A DNA stretch of 32,000 nucleotides. Origin: Acaryochloris marina S15 (GTDB lineage Bacteria; Cyanobacteriota; Cyanobacteriia; Thermosynechococcales; Thermosynechococcaceae). Below are positions 25,646 to 32,000 of this stretch, piece by piece. The stretch's first letter is position 1. The number at the start of each line of letters is the position of its first letter. The stretch spans positions 990,001 through 1,022,000 of the forward strand of contig NZ_CP064923.1 of NCBI RefSeq assembly GCF_018336915.1, read 5' to 3'. A program made the translations under genes and the position numbers. A model generated the notes under the pieces. That model did no database searches, had not been told where the DNA came from, and saw only the letters and a list, made by a program, of their open reading frames with translations.

Positions 25646-25770
25646 CTACTATACGACATACCTATTATGAGGTTATGTCTTAATTCTGGTAGGTTTTGCT
25701 TACATAACGTCTCAGGACATCATGCCCCCATGACCCATACCCCCAGATTGCAGCATCGAGTAGGGCAATC

Positions 25771-27219
25771 ATGAGTTCTTCTTCACCAAACCCATTTAGG
25801 CGTTCGCTTAAATTTGTTGAGCAATGGTATCGGGAGACTCCCCAGCGAGCTTTAGACGGTGCCTATGAAGCAGCTCGCGCCATCGAAGAAATCGAGAAAA
25901 AGCATTTTAAAGGTCAGCCCGTTCCGCTCCGCATCCGAACGGAAAGTGTGATGACCAACTACTTCCAGACAGAAGTCCAAAAGAATCTCCAATTTATCCA
26001 AACCCGCTTACGAGAGTTCAAGTCCAGCTCCCTAGTGGTCGAAGTCGCCGACAAGCTCAAGCCCCCCAGCATCCCTCCAGCTCCCACCCCTATAGACACT
26101 CCAGACACCACTGATTTCACCGATGAGTACGATGTCACCTCCAAGGAGTACAGTTCAGAACTCGTCTCGCCCTCCGTCGATGCTCAAGGCGCATTAGACA
26201 AATTAGCGTTTATCGATGCCGTGCTGAAACGGTACCGATCGGCTTCCATTCAACGAGAAGCAGCGGCTGCAGCCACTAAAGGGTCTAAACCTTCTACCCA
26301 GAAACCTGGCTCAGAGAGTAAGAAAAATGCTCCTCAGCCACTTCCCATTCAGTCGGTTCAGAACTCTCTGTATGAATCGGAATTCACCTCAGATGACATT
26401 TCCGATGACCCTTCCAAGTTAGACAGCAGTAGCTTTATTCCCCGGTCAATTCTGCGTACAGCCACCCGCTTCCGCAAAGAATTAAACCCGGATCCAGGGA
26501 CTGAAGACGACATCCTCAATGACTTTCGCAATTCTAGGGTACGAACCAGGGCCGCGGTTAGTTTTGTCTTAGGGTTAATGATTGTCCCCTTGCTCACCCA
26601 GCAAGTGTCCAAAAACTTGGTCATTGGTCCCTTTGTAGACAAATTAAAAGGCCCAGAACAAATTGAAATTCGGATTAATCCTGAAATTGAAAATGAGGTC
26701 CTGACTGAGTTATCCCGCTTTGAAGAACGACTCAAATTTGAAAGTTTAACCAGTCCCATCTCCCTTTCCCCTGCCGAGATTCAATCCCAACTCAAAGCCA
26801 AAGCGGCCGACCTTAAAGAAGAATATCAGTGGGATTTACGGCAACCCTTAAAAAATGCCATCTCAGATTTATTTTCGCTGATTGCTTTAGCGATCTACTT
26901 TTTGCTCAATCGTCAAAAGATTGCGATTCTCAAATCTTTTTTCGATGAGATTATTTATGGGCTGAGTGACAGTGCCAAAGCCTTTATCATCATTCTATTT
27001 ACAGACGTATTCGTCGGATTTCACTCTCCTCACGGCTGGGAAGTGATTGTTGAAAGTGTTCTGGGTCATTTTGGCCTGCCCCAGGATCGCAATTTCATCA
27101 ATATGTTTATTGCCACTTTTCCGGTCATGCTGGATACAGTGTTCAAGTATTGGATTTTCCGCTATCTGAACCAAATCTCTCCTTCCGCCGTTGCTACCTA
27201 CCGCAATATGAATGAGTAG
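25771..27219 (+). CDS. pxcA: Proton extrusion protein PxcA (CemA family)
   Basis: C-terminal membrane domain ending ...FIATFPVMLDTVFKYWIFRYLNQISPSAVATYRNMNE, the CemA/PxcA signature, plus the long low-complexity N-terminal extension typical of cyanobacterial PxcA. Confidence 0.9.
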   Translation: MSSSSPNPFRRSLKFVEQWYRETPQRALDGAYEAARAIEEIEKKHFKGQPVPLRIRTESVMTNYFQTEVQKNLQFIQTRLREFKSSSLVVEVADKLKPPSIPPAPTPIDTPDTTDFTDEYDVTSKEYSSELVSPSVDAQGALDKLAFIDAVLKRYRSASIQREAAAAATKGSKPSTQKPGSESKKNAPQPLPIQSVQNSLYESEFTSDDISDDPSKLDSSSFIPRSILRTATRFRKELNPDPGTEDDILNDFRNSRVRTRAAVSFVLGLMIVPLLTQQVSKNLVIGPFVDKLKGPEQIEIRINPEIENEVLTELSRFEERLKFESLTSPISLSPAEIQSQLKAKAADLKEEYQWDLRQPLKNAISDLFSLIALAIYFLLNRQKIAILKSFFDEIIYGLSDSAKAFIIILFTDVFVGFHSPHGWEVIVESVLGHFGLPQDRNFINMFIATFPVMLDTVFKYWIFRYLNQISPSAVATYRNMNE

Positions 27220-27289
27220 ATCTACGCCTAAAAGCCTTGACCTCACTGTGTTTAATCAATACCCTTGCAATCAATAAAAAGATAAAAAT

Positions 27290-27311
27290 CCCCTGCAATT
27301 TCTCGCAGGGG
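27290..27311 (-). terminator. Hairpin CCCCTGC-8nt-GCAGGGG with strong U-tract on minus strand
   Basis: The minus strand reads CCCCTGCGAGAAATTGCAGGGGATTTTTATCTTTTTATT. On the plus strand it lies 70 nt after the pxcA stop with only a weak T-run (AGCTTTTG), so it is possibly bidirectional. Confidence 0.65.
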
Positions 27312-27588
27312 AGTGAAAGCTTTTGTAACCGTTTGGTATAGCCCAAAGAGGGTGTATTTCCAATCTCAGTTATTCCCAAATAAGGATCATTTTGATCAGG
27401 TAAAAAAACTCAGCCTTTCAAACCCTTTATTTATAAGCCTCTTAAACTCCTTAAATAAAAATAAAGAGGTTAATAATATGAAACATAAATCTAGAGCTTT
27501 TCCATGTCATCTTCCAAGATTTCTTTTCATATATTGAAAGTCTATTGTCAAGAAAAAGCTGACTTTTGCCTCTGATCATAGTAATCAG

Positions 27589-27880
27589 ATGAAACCCATG
27601 AAAGCCATTGTGTACGAACGATATGGGACACCTGATGTTCTACCCGATGGAGCAAGCAACTGAAACACATCGAAGAGTCGAAACCGAGCAAAGGCTAGGT
27701 ATTGTCGTCCTTTCCCTGCAGGATTGATCGTTGCCAGTCGATTAAAAATAGGGCACTGATTCTGAACACCCAACCCGTCATCTTCCATTCGGTCTTCCAC
27801 CTGGAGTCGAGGAGCTATACAAATTGGTATGACGGGATAGTGAAGGGGGTGTTGGAGAAGATCGGCAAGATACAGCAGCA
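27589..27880 (+). pseudogene. Decayed N-terminal fragment of a zinc-type (MDR) alcohol dehydrogenase / quinone oxidoreductase
   Basis: M-K-P-MKAIVYERYGTPDVL is the typical MDR N-terminus. It is followed by a premature TGA (27661). The continuation QLKHIEESKPSKG lies in another frame, then an in-frame TAG (27696), then VLSSFPCRIDRCQSIKNRAL...YDGIVKGVLEKIG. The fragment is cut off where the REC-GGDEF gene ends. Confidence 0.5.
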
Positions 27881-28867
27881 TCAATCTAGTGGAGTACCCA
27901 CCACCACCCGATCACCGCCTTCAGCCTTGGCTCGATATAAGGCTTTATCTGCGGACTGGTAAAAGCTTCCAGCCCCTATCAATTGAGTACAAGGAAGCAC
28001 ACTAGCAATTCCCAAGCTGATGGTGACGATATCAGAGAAGGAAGTAGATTGATGGGGAATAGCCAGAGCGGCGACAGACCCTCGAATTTTCTCAGCTATA
28101 TGAATAGCACCCTCTAAAGACGTACTAGGGAGAAGGACTGCAATTTTCCCTCCACCATATCGGGCTGTAAGATCAGCCGGACGCTTTAGACATTGACTGA
28201 TGGCACTAGCGACTTGGGATAGGCACTGATCGCCTTGTATATGGCCATCGGTATCATTGTAAGTTTCGAAGCCATCGATATCACAAATCATCAATGATAA
28301 ATGAGATTCCTCTCTTACCATCCGTAGCCATTCAACTTGGATTTGCTTTAGAAAAAATTGCCGATTGGTCAGCTGCCTTAACTCATCCTCCGAGGAAAGT
28401 TGGATCAGTTTTTGATTCGCCTTTTTTAGTTGTCTTTTAAGTCGATTATTCTCAAGATGGATACGCACACTCTGCTTCAGAATAGGCCAGCGAATAGGTT
28501 TAGTAATGAAGTCAGATGCGCCACTCTCAAAAGCCAAATTTACAGAGGCTTCCTCATCCAACCCCGTGATCATTAGGATGAGGGTATTAGCACTACCTGC
28601 TAATTTCAGAAGTTGTTGGCAACATTCAAACCCGTTCATTTTGGGCATCATGGCATCTAGCAGCACAAGATTAGGCCTCATGTTTTTATAAGCGTCCAGA
28701 CACTCTTCCCCATTAGAGGCTGTAATCACTAGATGACCATCCTTCTCTAGACATTGGGCCATAGTATCGCTGGTTGCCCGATCATGCTCTGCGATTAAGA
28801 TGATGGACTGCGTACTCATTATGTCTAGAGCAGCTAAGGAGAATGAGTTGTCCTGAGTCATCTTCAA
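27881..28867 (-). CDS. Response regulator receiver + degenerate GGDEF domain protein
   Basis: REC domain (ILIAEHD...LVLLDAMMPKMNG...FITKP), a coiled linker, and a GGDEF fold (DIDGFETYNDTDGHIQGD...RPADLTARYGGGKIAVLLP...ADKALYRAKAEGGDR). The active-site GG(D/E)EF is replaced by GGGKI. Confidence 0.88.
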   Translation of the reverse strand: MKMTQDNSFSLAALDIMSTQSIILIAEHDRATSDTMAQCLEKDGHLVITASNGEECLDAYKNMRPNLVLLDAMMPKMNGFECCQQLLKLAGSANTLILMITGLDEEASVNLAFESGASDFITKPIRWPILKQSVRIHLENNRLKRQLKKANQKLIQLSSEDELRQLTNRQFFLKQIQVEWLRMVREESHLSLMICDIDGFETYNDTDGHIQGDQCLSQVASAISQCLKRPADLTARYGGGKIAVLLPSTSLEGAIHIAEKIRGSVAALAIPHQSTSFSDIVTISLGIASVLPCTQLIGAGSFYQSADKALYRAKAEGGDRVVVGTPLD

Positions 28868-29005
28868 CGGATGTAATGGGGGGTAGCTGCTTGCTGTTCG
28901 TGTTATCAGCTCACAAATGATGTCTTCTCAAAATAGCTGGACTTGTTGTGCAAAGCAACAAAAATCAGAAACAGCAAGGAAGAGTGGCCATTTCAAGAGA
29001 TTGGG

Positions 29006-32000
29006 TTAATCATTCCTGACAGATTCGCTGGGCGTGCATAGCTGACGTTCTTGATCGAGCAAATTGGCTGTGGGGTTATTGAGATAGAGCTGCAACCACT
29101 CACAACTTCTGGTCAACAGTTTGTCTAAACTCAAGGCTTCAATTGCCCAAACCTTTACGCCTCGATTCTCTGATGCCGTGGCCACAAACTGGCCATCGGC
29201 ACTAAAGCTGAGGTCAAACAAACGGCTGTTGCCATGCTTAAATTCCGCCAGTTGACGACCCTGTAATTCCCATAATCGTAAGGTGCCATCTTCGGAAACC
29301 GTAGCTAGAGATTGGCCATCAGGACTAAAACGAACGCCACGAACCGCCCCTCGATGCCCTTCAAACTTGGCGAGAGATTGCCCCTCCAAATCCCATAGCC
29401 TTGCCGTGCCATCATCGGACGCTGTGGCCAAGGATTTCCCGTCGGGACTAAACTGCACCGTCCATACTCGGCCTTGATGTCCTTCTAAGATGGCAGTGGT
29501 TTGGCCCGCCAGCGACCAGAGACGGACCGTTTGGTCCGCAGAGGCCGTCGCTACAATCGGATCCGTAGGACTAAAGGTAACGCTCCAAACGGGACTGCGG
29601 TGACCACGCAAGATCGCTAAAGGCTGCCCCTGCCAATCCCACAGTCGGGCGGTGCCATCTTTAGAAGCTGTGGCGATGCGCTGGGCAGTTGGATCAATAC
29701 TGACGCCAAATACTTCCGACTGATGCCCTCGCAATTCAGTGATTAAGTCTCCAGTCTTCGACCAGACACGAGCCGTGCGATCACCAGATGCAGTGGCCAA
29801 ATACTCTCCCTTTTGAGTAATATCCCAAATTCGGCCGGCATGGGCATCTATGCGCAGCCGTTCTTCCCCTGACTTATCCCATATGCGAATAAACTGATCG
29901 CCGCCAGCCGTCACCATGGCTGGATCTGGGGACATAAAACTGAGACTGAGCACAGGGCGAGCATGTTTGAGGATCTGTACAGGGCCTTTCTGACGCAAAT
30001 TCCATAAACGGGTGGTGTAGTCTTCGGAACCAGAGACTAGCCATTTGCCATCGGGACTAAACTGCACGCTTCTCACCCAGTCTTGGTGACCTTTTAGGGT
30101 TTCTAATCGCTCCCCCTCCGAGTCCCAAATGTGGATCAGGCGATCCGCAGCGGCTGAGGCCAGTTGTTTGCCATCGGCACTGAAAACGACGCTAAACACC
30201 TGGGTACGATGGCCATTCCAACTGCGGATTAATTTGCCTTGGCGACTCCACAGATGCAGGTAGCCATCATAGGAGCCAGTGGCTAAAGCTTGACCATCGG
30301 GCCGCCAGTGGAGACTGCGAACCGGTCCATGCCCTACAGGAATCTTTAAAATTCGCTGGCCTTGGAGATTGGAAATTTCGACGGTCTGATCAAAGGAAGC
30401 AGAGGCTAGGGATTGACCATCAGGACTGAACTGAAGAGCCGTAATGGCAGAAGGGTGAGGACGAAAATTGGCTAGAGACTGACCGTTGGAGTCCCATAGC
30501 CAAACCTGGCCGTCATTAGTGGCGGTGGCAATCACTCCCTCTGTGGTGGGTGGACAGCTAACAGCGTTAACGGGCTGGGGGTGAGGTAACGTTGCCAGGG
30601 GTTTACCCTGTAAATCCCATAACCGAGCGGTACGATCTGCTGCCGTTGTGACTAGGGTTGTGCCGCTCTGACAAGCATCCGTTACCCCTGAGCGATGCCC
30701 CACCATTTTTGCCAGCAAGTTGCCTTCCAAATCCCAGAGCCGTACTTCCTTATCTTGGGAAGCGGTGATTAAGCGTTGGCCATCCGGGGTAAAACGCACT
30801 CTGGTCACCCCCCGCTGATGCCCTCGAATCTGATTTTGCTCCCGCATATCTTCCAAGATCTGCTGCAGGGCTAGGAGTGGAGTCAGGGTGGGAAAGGTGG
30901 AGGCCTCTGATCGATCGCCCCAGTCCTGCATTTTGCGAGCTGTTTTTAAAGCTAAGAGTAGAGCTTCTAGTTGCTTGAATTCGGCTTGTTGCAAAGCTTG
31001 CCGAGCATCTCGCTCAATGGCGGTGACTTCTTGGGCTTTGCGAATGGAGGTGCTGGCCCAGAATGCGATCGCAACTGCTGATACGGCAATCCCCACCAAC
31101 GCAATCAACCCCGTCAACACCGTTCGCCTTGCCCGTCGCTGGGCCTGAGCTAGGATGGCATCGGCTTCTGCTTGCTGACAGGCCGCTAAATAACGATAGT
31201 CTTCATCACTAAGCTGTTTCCCAATCGACCATTGCTGTGCAGCCTGTAATTGTTCACCTGATAGAAATTTGGCTTGGCTTTGTTGCCATTGGCGGAGGGC
31301 GGAGGCATAGAAGGATGGCCGCAAACTAGCCACCACATCCTCCACCCAGTCTGAATCAAAAATCTGGGCATAGATTCGATTGGCGACAACCAATTTCTCT
31401 AATCGATTGACAACCAGCCCCGACAAACGCAGCTCGACTTGGGCTGGGCTGGCATCTGCCTTAATGGAGCCTTGCTGCAAAATTCGCTGATAGAGATCGA
31501 GCACTTTGCTGGCGTATTGTTCGTTACTGAGGATGCGATCGCGGATCGTTCTCAAATGCTCAGGTTCATCCTGAGCCTCCCAATTGGCGAGCAGTTTGTC
31601 CTGAATAAACTGCGTTACCCACTGCTCTATCTCTGCAGACTGAGTCGGCAGTTGAGCCGCTGACTGGGCAATCATCTGACAGATTTTTTGCGTCAGAAAC
31701 GGCTGTCCTCCCGTCCAAGACAGTACAGCTTGTAAAACAGCTTGGGCCTGCGGTGTCTGGGAAGTGAGTCCTGCTACTAAAGGCTGGGCTTCTGCTACTT
31801 GAAAGCCCTTTAACTCAATGGCATGTCCCAAATTGAAGGGGGTACGCTGCTTGTCCTGTATTAACCGCGAAGGGGTGGCAACTCCCAACAAGACAAACGC
31901 TAACCGCTGATAAGCCCCATTATCCGTTCGATGGTTATAACAGGCGCGCAGAACAGCAAAAAAATCATCTTTAAAGGGCAACCGCAGAACGCTATCAATT
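29006..32000 (-). CDS. AAA-like (STAND-type) NTPase domain / TM helix / 14x WD40 repeat protein, 5' end outside window
   Basis: The frame is open to the window edge (IDSVLRLPFKDD...). AAA-like domain tail (LSWTGGQPFLTQKICQMI), one hydrophobic helix (VLTGLIALVGIAVSAVAIAFWA, 31055-31120), then 14 GH...WD-type units (two 7-bladed propellers). Confidence 0.88.
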   Translation of the reverse strand, partial: IDSVLRLPFKDDFFAVLRACYNHRTDNGAYQRLAFVLLGVATPSRLIQDKQRTPFNLGHAIELKGFQVAEAQPLVAGLTSQTPQAQAVLQAVLSWTGGQPFLTQKICQMIAQSAAQLPTQSAEIEQWVTQFIQDKLLANWEAQDEPEHLRTIRDRILSNEQYASKVLDLYQRILQQGSIKADASPAQVELRLSGLVVNRLEKLVVANRIYAQIFDSDWVEDVVASLRPSFYASALRQWQQSQAKFLSGEQLQAAQQWSIGKQLSDEDYRYLAACQQAEADAILAQAQRRARRTVLTGLIALVGIAVSAVAIAFWASTSIRKAQEVTAIERDARQALQQAEFKQLEALLLALKTARKMQDWGDRSEASTFPTLTPLLALQQILEDMREQNQIRGHQRGVTRVRFTPDGQRLITASQDKEVRLWDLEGNLLAKMVGHRSGVTDACQSGTTLVTTAADRTARLWDLQGKPLATLPHPQPVNAVSCPPTTEGVIATATNDGQVWLWDSNGQSLANFRPHPSAITALQFSPDGQSLASASFDQTVEISNLQGQRILKIPVGHGPVRSLHWRPDGQALATGSYDGYLHLWSRQGKLIRSWNGHRTQVFSVVFSADGKQLASAAADRLIHIWDSEGERLETLKGHQDWVRSVQFSPDGKWLVSGSEDYTTRLWNLRQKGPVQILKHARPVLSLSFMSPDPAMVTAGGDQFIRIWDKSGEERLRIDAHAGRIWDITQKGEYLATASGDRTARVWSKTGDLITELRGHQSEVFGVSIDPTAQRIATASKDGTARLWDWQGQPLAILRGHRSPVWSVTFSPTDPIVATASADQTVRLWSLAGQTTAILEGHQGRVWTVQFSPDGKSLATASDDGTARLWDLEGQSLAKFEGHRGAVRGVRFSPDGQSLATVSEDGTLRLWELQGRQLAEFKHGNSRLFDLSFSADGQFVATASENRGVKVWAIEALSLDKLLTRSCEWLQLYLNNPTANLLDQERQLCTPSESVRND
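29135..30832 (-). repeat. Tandem ~123-126-bp coding repeats (WD40 units)
   Basis: Recurrent DNA strings such as TCGGGACTAAACTGCAC / TCAGGACTAAAACGAAC / GTAGGACTAAAGGTAAC recur at about 125-bp spacing, mirroring the 14 protein repeats. Confidence 0.8.

Noticed and set aside
25640-25659. Programmed -1 ribosomal frameshift at AGC AAA TTT G, joining the ATG at 25659 to the P-loop frame.
   Set aside because: The sequence is not a canonical X XXY YYZ heptamer in the zero frame, and I see no obvious downstream stimulatory structure. It is kept only as one of several explanations in the finding.
26358-26759. 133-aa minus-strand ORF, plus the ORFs at 25959-26144 and 26995-27246.
   Set aside because: All are antisense to pxcA, whose identity is supported by the CemA C-terminal signature.
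27478-27537. 19-codon mini-ORF MKHKSRAFPCHLPRFLFIY with AAAGAGG 8 nt upstream. It is the end of the 27313-27537 track ORF.
   Set aside because: It lies in a very AT-rich scar where ATG, stop and purine runs occur by chance. It is too short to evaluate, and I can see no conservation or context support.
27585-27884. 99-aa minus-strand ORF and the 86-aa plus-strand ORF at 27702-27962.
   Set aside because: The minus ORF is antisense to the alcohol-dehydrogenase relic. The plus ORF is the third, stop-interrupted segment of that relic and runs antisense into the GGDEF gene. Neither is a credible intact gene.
29006-32000. I considered calling the AAA-like/WD40 protein an antiphage STAND (Avs-like) defence gene.
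   Set aside because: The N-terminal region where an effector domain would sit is outside the window, no neighbouring defence genes are visible, and cyanobacteria carry many non-defence WD40/AAA-like proteins.

Overview
This is a cyanobacterial-type chromosomal segment. It carries 13 copies of the HIP1 octamer GCGATCGC and about 30 genes. I saw no rRNA, tRNA or CRISPR array by eye. The left third is housekeeping: a DUF3067-like protein, tatC, a DoxX protein, a secreted S1 protease plus a secreted unknown, thyX, an S41 Ctp protease, and a tightly packed ilvA-lrgA-lrgB string. The centre (11.0-15.5 kb) is the most interesting block. It is a translationally coupled seven-gene operon encoding two V4R-domain proteins, two phycobiliprotein-like globin-fold proteins, a 2Fe-2S ferredoxin with a C-terminal extension, a small triple-repeat protein, and a membrane coiled-coil/TPR protein. 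The gene order matches what I recall of the Synechocystis slr0144-slr0151 'pap' (photosystem II assembly-associated) operon. I therefore treat it as a known but biochemically unresolved system, not a new one. The right half holds a DUF302 protein, a coiled-coil protein and an amino-sugar cassette (SDR, GT, DegT aminotransferase, GNAT). It also holds an intact IS256-family element with 24-bp terminal inverted repeats and an 8-bp target duplication, which clips the 3' end of an NlpC/P60-like gene. Further right are a P-loop AddB/UvrD-like gene whose Walker A motif lies upstream of any canonical start codon, pxcA/cemA, and a decayed alcohol-dehydrogenase relic in an AT-rich patch. The window ends with a REC plus degenerate-GGDEF regulator (GGGKI, I-site retained) and a 5'-partial AAA-like/TM/14xWD40 protein. 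All family calls are motif recognition by eye; no searches were run.
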